IMG/VR virus record: IMGVR_UViG_3300035698_008781
Span: 1 to 64,000 of that record
Source: a virus
DNA: 64,000 bases
Direction: 5' to 3' (one strand)
Part shown: positions 36,836 to 47,163 of the stretch, one piece after another
Layout: each line of letters starts with the position of its first letter
Position numbering within the stretch: the stretch's first letter is position 1
Notes under the pieces: model-generated
Databases searched by the model: none
Told to the model about the DNA's origin: nothing
What the model saw: the letters and a program-made list of their open reading frames with translations, nothing else
Translations under genes and position numbers: made by a program

Positions 36836-37051
36836 ATGGAAGGAAAATGCCCAAAAGATAGCAGAAAGAATAGACCTGTATTTATTACTTATAACAATAA
36901 AAGAACATTGGCTATGGCTGATGGTAAAGGACATGCATATAAAATGTACGGTGATGATTATATGCAATTAGAAAGTAAATGCTTACCTGAAAATAAGTAC
37001 GACCCAAGTGAATATGAATTTGATAGAGGTTTAAGTGGGTTCGACTTTTAA
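36836..37051 (+). CDS. cassette-borne hypothetical protein
   Basis: probable start MEGKCPKD; stop abuts GTGCCTAAC. Confidence 0.5.
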   Translation: MEGKCPKDSRKNRPVFITYNNKRTLAMADGKGHAYKMYGDDYMQLESKCLPENKYDPSEYEFDRGLSGFDF

Positions 37052-37213
37052 TTGTGCCTAACGGTACTCGTGTATAATAAGTGGCTTGTAGATAAACCAA
37101 CTAACTACTTATCAAGACAAACAAATAAATTAAACACAATCTAAGCCATTGACTATACACGATGTTGTGCAATAGTGCTTTTAAAAACAAATATTAATTA
37201 TAAAATTAAAAAA

Positions 37214-37558
37214 ATGAAAGAATTAATAAAAACAATAAGTTGGTTATTAAATGGTGTTCAATCAGGATTAACAATGGATGAATTAGCTAAATATGGTATT
37301 ATATCAGAAGAATCAACAGAATCAGATGGTATTATTACAGTAACTAGAAGTTTTACATCTAATGATGATACTTTAACTAAAGTGATTACCATAAAGTATG
37401 ATAAGTCTATTGAAGAAAAAGCTGTTCAAGAAGAACTTAGTAAATTAAAACAAAAAGTAGCTGAATATGATCAAAAAATTAACGAGGCAGTTAACAAAGA
37501 GGATTATGAATCTGCTGCAATCTTCAAAAAAGAAAAAGACGCTTTTTTACGAAGTTAA
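37214..37558 (+). CDS. protein with C-terminal UVR (UvrB/C) coiled-coil motif
   Basis: KINEAVNKEDYESAAIFKKE; probable start MKELIK. Confidence 0.6.
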   Translation: MKELIKTISWLLNGVQSGLTMDELAKYGIISEESTESDGIITVTRSFTSNDDTLTKVITIKYDKSIEEKAVQEELSKLKQKVAEYDQKINEAVNKEDYESAAIFKKEKDAFLRS

Positions 37559-37783
37559 ATATTATATAAGAAATTCTTATGTAAATAAAATTAGATTTAA
37601 GGTTTGATGCTTATCAATTTATAAGTGGTGAATACAGATTTAATAAACGGACATATAATAAAGGATTATCATTTTTAAAAATAATTAATAATTTTCAAAT
37701 AGAACCTAATTTAATTAATTTAATTGATAGTACAGATATTACTAATAAAACATTAGCATATATTATAATAAAAGAAAGATTGA

Positions 37784-38884
37784 ATGAACGTACAAGAAAA
37801 AATACAAAAGGAAGTAGAGGGGAAATGGTATCAAAATAATTGTAAAGGTTTAGCTTTATTAGCTACAGGTTCAGGTAAATCTAAAATATTTATTAATATA
37901 GTTTCTAAAGAAAAGAAAAAATGGTTACTCGTTGTTCCTACTGAGAAACTTCGTGATAGAAATTGGAAGGATGAATTTAAAAAGTGGAAAAAAACAAGTA
38001 TTTATAATAAATATGTAGATACTTGTTGTTATGCTAGTCTTAAAAACATTAATTTATCATTATATGATGGGGTATGTTTGGATGAATGTCATAATATAAC
38101 TGCTAATAATGTGCAACCTTTTAAAAACTATGTAGATTCTATTAAAATACTATGCTTAACAGCTACTAGACCAACTGATTTACAGAAACAATATATATTA
38201 GAAACCATGTTAAAATGTGAAATAATATATACATTATCATTAAAAGAAGCAATAAAAGTTGGGATAGTAGCTCCGTTAAGTATTATAATTCATGAATTAG
38301 AACTTAATACTATTAAAAATATATCTGTTAAATATAAAGATAAAACAGGTGTTGAAAGAACTTTCTATCAATCTGAAAAAGGTTCATATGACTATATATG
38401 TCAAAAGATAGCGAGAAAATCTAAACCAACATCTTTTGATTATATATTTAGAGCTAAGTTTATTTATGACTCTAAAACTAAAACAGATTATGCTAAAGTA
38501 TTATTAGATAAATTACCAAAAGATAAAAGAATATTAATATTTTCACAATCAATTAAACAGATTGAGTCAATAATGAAAGAAACCTATCATTCTAAAACTA
38601 CAGATAAATTTTATAATTTATTTATGAAGGAAAAGATAAAACGACTAGGTGTTGTACAATCATTAAATGAAGGTGAAAATATACCAAACTTAGATATTGG
38701 TATGATAATACAATTTAATTCTAATCCTAAGAATACGTTTCAACGTATAGGAAGGATTATAAGAAAAAGAGATAACCATGAAGCTGAAATTCATATCATT
38801 GTACTTAAAGATACAGTAGATGAACAGTGGATTAATAATATTCTTATTGAATATGAGGATATAATAACAAGAATTAAAGTATAA
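37784..38884 (+). CDS. superfamily 2 (DExH) helicase
   Basis: ATGSGKS, LDECH, LTAT, LNEGENIP, QRIGRIIR. Confidence 0.9.
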   Translation: MNVQEKIQKEVEGKWYQNNCKGLALLATGSGKSKIFINIVSKEKKKWLLVVPTEKLRDRNWKDEFKKWKKTSIYNKYVDTCCYASLKNINLSLYDGVCLDECHNITANNVQPFKNYVDSIKILCLTATRPTDLQKQYILETMLKCEIIYTLSLKEAIKVGIVAPLSIIIHELELNTIKNISVKYKDKTGVERTFYQSEKGSYDYICQKIARKSKPTSFDYIFRAKFIYDSKTKTDYAKVLLDKLPKDKRILIFSQSIKQIESIMKETYHSKTTDKFYNLFMKEKIKRLGVVQSLNEGENIPNLDIGMIIQFNSNPKNTFQRIGRIIRKRDNHEAEIHIIVLKDTVDEQWINNILIEYEDIITRIKV

Positions 38885-38887
38885 AAA

Positions 38888-39145
38888 ATGACAAAAGCAA
38901 AAATTATAGCAAAAAGTACAGCAGTTAAGAAAATTGCTGAAAATGCAGGTAAATTCTTTACTGTAACTTTTAAAAAAAAGAATAATACTGAAAGAACTAT
39001 TAATTGTTTAGTTAAAAAACAACACACTACTAAATTAGGATACATTAGTGTATACAGTATTCCTGATAAAGGTTATAGAAGTGTTGACCCAAGAACTATG
39101 ACATCACTTAGTATTCAAAACGAAGTATTTAAAATTAGAAAATAA
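38888..39145 (+). CDS. small SH3/WYL-like fold protein
   Basis: FFTVTFKKKNNTERTINC...KGYRSV pattern. Confidence 0.5.
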   Translation: MTKAKIIAKSTAVKKIAENAGKFFTVTFKKKNNTERTINCLVKKQHTTKLGYISVYSIPDKGYRSVDPRTMTSLSIQNEVFKIRK

Positions 39146-39546
39146 TGACAAAAATGACAAAAATGACTGAAGACCAATTTAGTGAAGTTATAAACACTAC
39201 GCTAGATAATCTAAAAGAATTGTTAATTAATAAAGGTAAGGAGTATAGACGCAATAATGATCCATTTCATAATTTTAATGAAGGTGGTAGGCGTAAAAAT
39301 ATACACCCTATTGAAGCATTAGATGGGATGTTATTAAAACATGAAATTTCTATTGCAGATATAACCAATGATTTAATTAAAGATATTATTCCTAAAAAGT
39401 CAAGTATTAATGAAAAATTTGATGATAATTTAGTTTATTTACTACTTAAAAAAGCAATGATAAATCATTATATTAATGAAAATCAGAAAGTAGAATTAAC
39501 TAAAATTGCTGAACATTTTTCACATCATGTAAATGTAGAGCAATAA
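39145..39546 (+). CDS. DUF1599-like nucleotide-modification-associated/dNTP pyrophosphatase-like protein
   Basis: KGKEY...DPFHNF...KFDDNLVY; adjacent to thyA. Confidence 0.5.
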   Translation: MTKMTKMTEDQFSEVINTTLDNLKELLINKGKEYRRNNDPFHNFNEGGRRKNIHPIEALDGMLLKHEISIADITNDLIKDIIPKKSSINEKFDDNLVYLLLKKAMINHYINENQKVELTKIAEHFSHHVNVEQ

Positions 39547-40634
39547 TGGCTAAAATAGATCACACATATCATAACCTCCTTGAGAAAATTCTTGAGGAGG
39601 GATATGATTATAAAGATGAAAGTAGAGATGTTATGTGTAAACAAATAAGTTCTTATGAATTTAGACATAATATAAGATTGAATGGATTTCCAGCAATTAC
39701 AACTAAAAAATTATACTGGAAAGGTATTGTGGGTGAATTAATTTGGTTTTTAAGAGGTGATACAAATATTAAATATTTAGTAGATAACAATATTCATATT
39801 TGGAATAAAGATGCTTATAATTGGTATGTAAAAAACCATAGTGAAGTAGGTGGTTCAAAATTATTATCAATTGAAAACTGGCATGAAGATGCTAAAAAGT
39901 TTCCTGAGATTTATACTTTAGGTAGAGTATATGGTGCTCAATGGAGAAGCTGGTCTGCACCAGTTTTGTATAATGATTTACCAGGATTACCAATTGAATT
40001 AGATCAAATATCTAATTTAATTCAGAATCTTAAAGATAAACCTATGTCTCGTAGACATATTATTACAGCATGGAATCCTGCTCAATTAGATGATATGGCT
40101 TTACCACCATGTCATTGGAGTTTTGAGATATTACCAAGACCTTTAACTGAAAATGAAAGGATTAAAATATTTAAAGAAAAATATAAAGTTTTTAACGGAT
40201 TACCACCTTTTCAAATTTTATTAGACTCTAAAAATATACCAAAATACACATTTGATTTAAAGTGGCATCAACGTAGCGTTGATACATTTCTTGGGTTACC
40301 ATTTAATATCGCATCTTATGGATTATTAATGGAAATTATTGGTAAATTAACTAATATGGTTCCTAATGAATTAATTGGTGATTTATCAAATGTTCATATC
40401 TATTATGACCATTTAATCGCTGTTAAAACACAGTTGAAAAATAAACCTGGTAAGTATTGGGAACCTATTGAATTAGAAATTAAAGATATTCCTGAATACA
40501 GAAGAATTAGAGAATTTGGAATAGGTTCGTGTTCTTTTGATAATCTAATGATTAATATGAATATTGAAGACTTTAAACTAAAAGATTATGAATCATATCC
40601 AGCAATACCTGCTGAGATGTTAGCACCTAAATAA
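39546..40634 (+). CDS. thyA: thymidylate synthase
   Basis: ELIWFLRG, IWN, YGAQWR, SRRHI..AWNP, ALPPCH, QRSVD.FLGLPFNIASY, HIY. Confidence 0.95.
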   Translation: MAKIDHTYHNLLEKILEEGYDYKDESRDVMCKQISSYEFRHNIRLNGFPAITTKKLYWKGIVGELIWFLRGDTNIKYLVDNNIHIWNKDAYNWYVKNHSEVGGSKLLSIENWHEDAKKFPEIYTLGRVYGAQWRSWSAPVLYNDLPGLPIELDQISNLIQNLKDKPMSRRHIITAWNPAQLDDMALPPCHWSFEILPRPLTENERIKIFKEKYKVFNGLPPFQILLDSKNIPKYTFDLKWHQRSVDTFLGLPFNIASYGLLMEIIGKLTNMVPNELIGDLSNVHIYYDHLIAVKTQLKNKPGKYWEPIELEIKDIPEYRRIREFGIGSCSFDNLMINMNIEDFKLKDYESYPAIPAEMLAPK

Positions 40635-40832
40635 AAAAAATTATGAAACAAATTACACTTAAATTTAAATCTGAAGAAGAATTTAAAGAAGTTAGAAATA
40701 TTATGTTAGAAGATATTAAAGAAGATCCTACTATTGGGGAAATTAAATTACTAAAAGACGGTAATATTATATTAACTTTTGGTAAAATAGACGAAGAATA
40801 AAAATTAAAACTTAAAATAAAGAAAAGATAGA

Positions 40833-42695
40833 ATGGAGTTAGATAAAAAGATTTTAAGTGATATTACAGTACATACTAAATACTCGAAGTATTTACCTAA
40901 ATTAGAAAGACGAGAAACATGGGATGAGCTTGTAACTAGAAATATGCAAATGCATATAGAAAAACATCCTGAACAAATTAAAGATATTACAGAAATATAT
41001 AAAAATTTTGTATATAACAAAAAAGTTTTACCTTCAATGCGTTCATTGCAATTTGGTGGTAAAGCTATTGAATTGAATAATGCAAGAATTTATAATTGTG
41101 CATTTTTACCAATTGATGATAATCGTAGTTTTAGTGAAACTATGTTTTTATTATTAGGAGGTACAGGTGTAGGATATAGTGTTCAAAATCATCATATTGA
41201 TAAATTACCTGAAATTAGAAAACCTGATTATAAGAAAAATAAGAAGTATGTAGTTCAGGATAGTATCATAGGATGGGCAGATGCTATTAAAATATTAATG
41301 AAGTCATATACTGGAACAGTACGTCAACATGTAAATTTTGATTTATCAGATATTAGACCTAAAGGTGCATTATTAGTAACTGCTGGAGGTAAAGCACCAG
41401 GACCAGAACCTTTAAGAATAGCTTTAGTTAAAATTGAAGCAATACTTAGAGAAAAAGAAGATGGTTCTAAATTAACAGATATTGAGTGTCATGATATTCA
41501 ATGTCATATTGCAGATGCTGTTCTTGCAGGGGGTATCAGACGTGCTGCCATGATAAGTTTATTTGATTTAGATAGTGATGTAATGTTGAATTGTAAAGCA
41601 GGTAATTGGTGGGAAAATAATCCACAAAGAGGTAGAGCTAATAACTCTGTTACTTTATTACGTCATAAAATTGATAAGAAAACTTTTGATAAAGTTTGGG
41701 AAAGAATTGAAGCATCAGGAAGTGGTGAACCAGGTATCTATCTTACAAATGATAGAGATTGGGGAACTAATCCATGTTGTGAAATTGCATTAAGACCTTA
41801 TCAATTTTGTAATCTTGTTGAAATTAATATGTCTAATATTGAATCACAAGAGGATTTAGATGCTAGAGCATCAGCAGCGTCATTTATAGCTACATTACAA
41901 GCAAGTTATACAGATTTTCACTATATTAGAGATATATGGAGAAAAAATACTGAAAAAGATGCTTTATTAGGTGTGTCTATGACAGGTATAGCTGCAGATA
42001 GTAATCTTGAATTGAATTTTGAACAAGCTTCAAATATTGTTAAATCTACTAATAAAAAATTAGCTGAACAAATAGGTATTAGAGTTGCAGCTAGAACAAC
42101 AGCTGTTAAACCTGCTGGAACTACATCATTAGTTGTAGGTTCATCATCAGGTATTCATGCTTGGCATAATGATTACTATATTCGTAGAATGAGGATTAAT
42201 AAAAATGAATCATTATATCAATATTTAGCAATTCATCATCCTGAATTATTAGAAGATGAATATTTTAGTCCTGATACAACTGCTGTAATTTCAGTACCAC
42301 AAAAAGCACCTGAAGGAGCTATTACAAGACATGAAACTACATTGGATTTACTTGAAAGAGTAAAACTTATTTCTAGAGATTGGGTTAAGACAGGACATAT
42401 TAAAGGTGAAAATACACATAATGTATCTTGTACTGTATCTGTAAGACCTGATGAATGGAAAATTATAGGTGAATGGATGTGGGCTAATAAGGAATATTAT
42501 AATGGATTATCTGTATTACCTTATAATGGTGGTACTTATAAACAAATGCCTTTTTCTGATTGTACAAAAGAAACATATGATGAGATGGTTAAACATTTAC
42601 ATAATATAGACATTACAAAAGTTATTGAAATGCAAGATGATACTAACCTTAGTGATAATATAGCTTGCGGACCAGATGGATGTGAAATTAAATAA
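40833..42695 (+). CDS. nrdJ: class II (B12-dependent) ribonucleotide reductase
   Basis: RETW, PSMRSL, NCAF, GGTGVG, GGIRRAA, TNPCCEI, VKPAGT, C-terminal ACGPDGC; no beta-subunit gene nearby. Confidence 0.9.
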   Translation: MELDKKILSDITVHTKYSKYLPKLERRETWDELVTRNMQMHIEKHPEQIKDITEIYKNFVYNKKVLPSMRSLQFGGKAIELNNARIYNCAFLPIDDNRSFSETMFLLLGGTGVGYSVQNHHIDKLPEIRKPDYKKNKKYVVQDSIIGWADAIKILMKSYTGTVRQHVNFDLSDIRPKGALLVTAGGKAPGPEPLRIALVKIEAILREKEDGSKLTDIECHDIQCHIADAVLAGGIRRAAMISLFDLDSDVMLNCKAGNWWENNPQRGRANNSVTLLRHKIDKKTFDKVWERIEASGSGEPGIYLTNDRDWGTNPCCEIALRPYQFCNLVEINMSNIESQEDLDARASAASFIATLQASYTDFHYIRDIWRKNTEKDALLGVSMTGIAADSNLELNFEQASNIVKSTNKKLAEQIGIRVAARTTAVKPAGTTSLVVGSSSGIHAWHNDYYIRRMRINKNESLYQYLAIHHPELLEDEYFSPDTTAVISVPQKAPEGAITRHETTLDLLERVKLISRDWVKTGHIKGENTHNVSCTVSVRPDEWKIIGEWMWANKEYYNGLSVLPYNGGTYKQMPFSDCTKETYDEMVKHLHNIDITKVIEMQDDTNLSDNIACGPDGCEIK

Positions 42696-42701
42696 TTAAG
42701 T

Positions 42702-43076
42702 ATGATAAACAGTAAATCAATAAGAAGTAATATAGGATATAAAGGTATATTCTTTGATAGAAATAATGGTAAATTTGAAGTTTAAGTTATAAATAAAAGT
42801 ACTACTCGCAAAATAACTAAAGATAAAGGAGGTCAGACATTACAGTTTATTCACAAAGAACCTAATGAAAGTAATGAATTAATTACTATTTCAGATGGTA
42901 CTACAAATGAAGAAGTTTTAGAAGTCCTCATTGACAGAATGAATTATTTAAATTCTAAATTTCCTTGTCTTGAAAATGAATTAGCAATAAATCATCTTGA
43001 TTTTGCGTTATTTCAATTAAATGAAAGAACCAGAAAAAGAATGGAAAGAAATGTTGAAGGAAAACATTTAAAATAA
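42702..43076 (+). pseudogene. Tad1-like (Thoeris anti-defence sponge) gene with an in-frame TAA at 42783-85
   Basis: GQTLQFIHKEP...DGTTNEEVLEVLIDRMNYLNSKFPCLENELAINHLDFALFQLNERTRKRMERNVEGKHLK. Confidence 0.65.
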
Positions 43077-43117
43077 ATTAACCAAAGTGTGAAAAAAGGT
43101 TTATAGTAACACAATTT

Positions 43118-43224
43118 AAGACACCTCAGAAACCTTGAGAGACCCGAAATATAAGGAAATATAACATTTTAAAGGTAGAACCTTTAGTTAAATATTCAAA
43201 TATAGTGAAGCTGTAAGGTGTCTT
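43118..43224 (+). ncRNA. possible small structured RNA
   Basis: terminal helix AAGACACCT-CAG/CTG-TA-AGGTGTCTT and an internal TAAAGGT/ACCTTTA hairpin in intergenic DNA. Confidence 0.35.
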
Positions 43225-43242
43225 TTTAATAAAAAAAACAAT

Positions 43243-43431
43243 ATGATATCAGATTGTAAAAACTTACAACCAAAAATTGAATCAGTTTTTGATGGTTTAT
43301 TCCAGGTGAAACAAGTTGCAGCTTTAAATTACTTAATCGATTTAGCCAACAAAGTAGATACAGTATTTGGAAAAAAATATCCAGAAATAGAAATTCATAA
43401 AGATAATCCTACTAATTTATATATACCATAA
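43243..43431 (+). CDS. hypothetical protein
   Basis: 62-aa ORF. Confidence 0.45.
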   Translation: MISDCKNLQPKIESVFDGLFQVKQVAALNYLIDLANKVDTVFGKKYPEIEIHKDNPTNLYIP

Positions 43432-43544
43432 AATGTTTAATAAAATTTTAACAAAAACTGAATTTTATTTATTTTTTAATGGTAAATTAATATATAAAAA
43501 TGGTTAAATAATAATAGAAGTAAAATATTTCAAGATTATAAAAT

Positions 43545-44345
43545 ATGGAAGTAAAAAATAAAAGTAGAACATTAGTAATAGGTGATATTCACGGTAATCA
43601 TAAAGGTTTACTACAAGCTTTAGAGAGAAGTAATTTTGATTATAAAAATGACACACTAATTTCATTAGGAGATGTTGTAGATGGTCATGAAGAAAGCTTT
43701 GAAGTAGTTGAAACATTATTAGGTATTCCTAATTTAATAGCAATTAAAGGTAATCACGATGATTGGTTTAATATATGGTTAGAAACAGGAGTGAATCCTA
43801 GTAATTGGCAACAAGGTCAGAAAGCTACAGGATTGAGTTATTTAGAAAAATCTAGACCAGGTCAAACTTGGTGGGATCTAAAATCAAAAAGTCCTATATT
43901 AATGGAAGCTATTAAAACTAATGACATTCCAGACAATCATATTGAATTTTTTAAAAATCAAAAACACTATTATATAGATGAACAAAATAGATTATTTGTT
44001 CATGGAGGATTTAATAGACATTATCCATTAGAAGAACAAGGGGATATTCTATGGTGGGACAGAGATTTATGGAGTCAAGCATTAAGTTATGAAGGAATGA
44101 CTAGAGGACCTTTAGATAAAAAACCTGGATTTAAAATGTTAGGTGACTACAAAGAAGTGTTTATAGGTCATACATCTACTCAATTTTGGAATGTAAATAC
44201 ACCAATGAAAGCTGCTAATATCTATAATTTAGATACAGGTGGAGGATGGATTGGTTATATTACAATAATGGATGTTGATACAAAAGAATATTGGCAATCA
44301 GATGATGCAAAAACTTTGTATCCAGAATTTAAAGGAAGAAACTAA
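43545..44345 (+). CDS. calcineurin-like metallophosphoesterase (Ser/Thr phosphatase-like)
   Basis: GDIHG, LGDVVD, KGNHD, FVHGG, IGHT, LDTG. Confidence 0.9.
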   Translation: MEVKNKSRTLVIGDIHGNHKGLLQALERSNFDYKNDTLISLGDVVDGHEESFEVVETLLGIPNLIAIKGNHDDWFNIWLETGVNPSNWQQGQKATGLSYLEKSRPGQTWWDLKSKSPILMEAIKTNDIPDNHIEFFKNQKHYYIDEQNRLFVHGGFNRHYPLEEQGDILWWDRDLWSQALSYEGMTRGPLDKKPGFKMLGDYKEVFIGHTSTQFWNVNTPMKAANIYNLDTGGGWIGYITIMDVDTKEYWQSDDAKTLYPEFKGRN

Positions 44346-44359
44346 AAAAAAGTAAGAAT

Positions 44360-45124
44360 ATGTTATTACCACAAAAGAAAGTGAGTGCAAGTAGAAAAAA
44401 TCCAAAAAAATTAATTATATTTAGTAAACCTAAGTCTGGGAAGACAAGTAGTTTAGCTGAATTAGAAGATAATTTTATTGTAGATTTAGAAGGAGGTTCT
44501 GAATATGTGGATGCATTAAAGGTTAATGTACCTAAAACAGCTGAAGAAAATGGTGAATCACCGTTAGAAGTTGTTAAACAAATTGTTAAAGAATTAAACG
44601 AAGTTAAAAACAAAACTGGTAAAAATCCATATAAAAGAATTACATTAGATACTATTACAGTATTAGAAGAATTAATTCTTCCAATGGCAGCTGACATGTA
44701 TAGAGCAACTCCTATGGGTTCATCATGGGCTGGTAGCGATGTAAGAAAATTACCTAATGGAGCAGGTTATGCTTATACTAGAGATGCCTTTTTCTTTGTA
44801 GTTAATCAATTTGAAAGAGTTTGTGATACATTAATTTTAGTAGGTCACGTTAAACGTAAAAGTATCTCAATAGGAGATGGTGAAATTGATGAAAAATCAT
44901 TACATTTAACAGGTCAAACACCTACGATGGTTTCAGCTGATGCTGATGCTATTGCATATCTTTATAGAGAAGATAACCAAACTATATTAGATTTTGAACC
45001 ATCATCAAGCGTAATTGCTGGTGCAAGATGTGAACATCTTAGAGGTAAAAAAATAGTAGTTGCTGAAAGTAATGAAGAAGGTAAAGTTGTTGTAGATTGG
45101 AGCAAAGTCTTTATTAAAGAATAA
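44360..45124 (+). CDS. AAA ATPase, Sak4-like single-strand annealing protein
   Basis: SKPKSGKT, VDLEGG, LDTIT, LPNGAGY, ILVGH. Confidence 0.75.
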   Translation: MLLPQKKVSASRKNPKKLIIFSKPKSGKTSSLAELEDNFIVDLEGGSEYVDALKVNVPKTAEENGESPLEVVKQIVKELNEVKNKTGKNPYKRITLDTITVLEELILPMAADMYRATPMGSSWAGSDVRKLPNGAGYAYTRDAFFFVVNQFERVCDTLILVGHVKRKSISIGDGEIDEKSLHLTGQTPTMVSADADAIAYLYREDNQTILDFEPSSSVIAGARCEHLRGKKIVVAESNEEGKVVVDWSKVFIKE

Positions 45125-45189
45125 TTAAATGGTTAGACTTCCATTTAAAAAGTCAATTTTAAACAATAATAAATATAAAAATCAAAAGT

Positions 45190-45789
45190 ATGTTTCAATT
45201 CGGAAAAGATCAAGTAAATGAAGGTGGAAATGGTGTTGCAATTTTTAATGATGGTAACGCAGGTAGAGTAACTAATGTAACTTTAGAAGTTAAAAAGAAA
45301 GATGTTGATTATCAAGATGAAGGTAAAAATAAACCTGATTATCAGGTAGTATATACTGATTCAAATGGTTCTTCTACAAATGAAGGATTTTATTACTTGA
45401 ATGAAGCTAAACATAATTCTCAATACACAACATTTGAGAAAGCTGTTGAAAAACAATGGAATAAAATGGCAGCAATTGTTATTGCAGCTGATGGTGATCC
45501 TACAATTAATGCTTCTACACCAGTAGAAATGTTAGATCAAATGGCAATTAAAGTGAAAACTGACGTAGTTGGTAAATCATTCAATGTTCTTACCAATTAT
45601 GGTACAACTTCTTCACCAAAGAAGTATTTACAAATTAGATCTTGGACTCCATTTATTGAGTCAGCAAGTGTATCTGCAGAAAATACTAAACTTAAACCAG
45701 GTAATTTAGACCAATTAGATAGATTAGTACCAGATGCTAATACTGGTGGTGGTGCTTCTACAGAAGGTACAATGCCAGGATGGGTATAA
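45190..45789 (+). CDS. putative single-stranded DNA-binding protein
   Basis: follows the Sak4-like gene; Gly-rich tail ending PGWV; high codon bias. Confidence 0.5.
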   Translation: MFQFGKDQVNEGGNGVAIFNDGNAGRVTNVTLEVKKKDVDYQDEGKNKPDYQVVYTDSNGSSTNEGFYYLNEAKHNSQYTTFEKAVEKQWNKMAAIVIAADGDPTINASTPVEMLDQMAIKVKTDVVGKSFNVLTNYGTTSSPKKYLQIRSWTPFIESASVSAENTKLKPGNLDQLDRLVPDANTGGGASTEGTMPGWV

Positions 45790-45802
45790 TATTAAATATA
45801 AG

Positions 45803-45828
45803 AAGAGGGTGTAAAAACCCTCTTTTTT
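45803..45828 (+). terminator. intrinsic terminator
   Basis: AAGAGGGT-GTAAAA-ACCCTCTT-TTTT. Confidence 0.8.
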
Positions 45829-46128
45829 ATTAAATTAAAAAAATATGATTATATATATAATTTTTGCAATAATTAATTATATTATTTGTAAAGTTCTTAG
45901 AAATAGAATTAATTCAAATAAAATTGAAGAAATTAATTATTTACTACTAAAACAAATATTAATATCAAAATTAAAACAGAATGTCTAAAAAAATAATAAA
46001 ACAAACTAATAAAGAAATTAAACAAATTTTAAAAACTTTAGATAATTTGGATATAAAAAATAAAAAACCTATTGATTTTTTAAAGACAATTCCTATAAAT
46101 GAATTTAGGTTAAATGGTAAAGTAAGAT

Positions 46129-47163
46129 ATGTACAATTTTAAAGTAAAGACATTTATAAGTGAAGAATCTATATTACATCATGTATCAGATTATGATATT
46201 TTTAGATATTATATAGGTGATTTCAAAATAGGTAAATCTTTCAATTCACCATTAAGAAAAGATAGTCATGCATCGTTTAACATAGGTTATAACCCTGTGA
46301 CTAATAGATTGTATTGTAATGATTATATATTAGGTGGTGGGAACTTTATAACGTTTGTTATACATAAATTCAACTTATCTTATAGAGAAGCGTGTAATAA
46401 AATAGTTATTGATTTAAATTTAGAAGATCACTTTTATCTATTTAATGTAGAAAAAATAATTGTTAAAGAAAATAAACAATTCGTAAAAAGCAATGATGGT
46501 GATATTAAAAAGTTTAAAGAAGAAACTAAGTTATCAGCTAAATTAAGAAACTGGGAACAATATGATTATGAATTTTGGAAACAATTTAATGTTTCAAAAG
46601 AAATGTTAAAATTTTACAACGTTCATCCTGCAGAGTATTCAATGATTGGTGATAAAATTTTTAAATTAGATAAATATGCGTATGTATTTATTGAAAATAA
46701 AGATAATGATAGAACATTAACTATTTATCAACCTTATAGTAATATTCAAAAATGGACAAAAAATCATGATGCATCTGTATGGTATGGTTGGGATCAACTT
46801 CCTGATAGAGCTGAAAAATTAATAATAACTAAATCAAGAAAAGATATAATGTCAATTCTTGAAACAACAGGTATACCTTCAACAGGTTTACAAAATGAAA
46901 AGATTATACCTAAAGAACATGTATTACAAGAATTAAAAAATAGATTTGGATTAATATATGTACTTTATGATAATGATTTTGATAAACCAGTAAATTGGGG
47001 AAGAGAATTTGGTGAAAAATTTTCTAATGAATGTAATATATTTCAAATAGAAATACCAGATGAATATCAATCAAAAGACTTCAGTGATTTAATAGTAAAT
47101 CATGGTGTAGAAAAAGCAAAAAATGTGTTATTAAAATTAGTAGATGACGCATTACCATTTTAA
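46129..47163 (+). CDS. DNA primase (DnaG/TOPRIM, crAss-type)
   Basis: SPLRKD..ASF, IITKSRKDIM, VLYDND, KDFSD. Confidence 0.85.
   Translation: MYNFKVKTFISEESILHHVSDYDIFRYYIGDFKIGKSFNSPLRKDSHASFNIGYNPVTNRLYCNDYILGGGNFITFVIHKFNLSYREACNKIVIDLNLEDHFYLFNVEKIIVKENKQFVKSNDGDIKKFKEETKLSAKLRNWEQYDYEFWKQFNVSKEMLKFYNVHPAEYSMIGDKIFKLDKYAYVFIENKDNDRTLTIYQPYSNIQKWTKNHDASVWYGWDQLPDRAEKLIITKSRKDIMSILETTGIPSTGLQNEKIIPKEHVLQELKNRFGLIYVLYDNDFDKPVNWGREFGEKFSNECNIFQIEIPDEYQSKDFSDLIVNHGVEKAKNVLLKLVDDALPF

Larger units (their letters stand above)
36266..37173 (+). mobile_element. array of integron-like gene cassettes with attC-like sites (no integrase in the window)
   Basis: GTT.../...AAC inverted ends bracketing single ORFs; imperfect long hairpin at 37056-37170. 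Confidence 0.6.
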
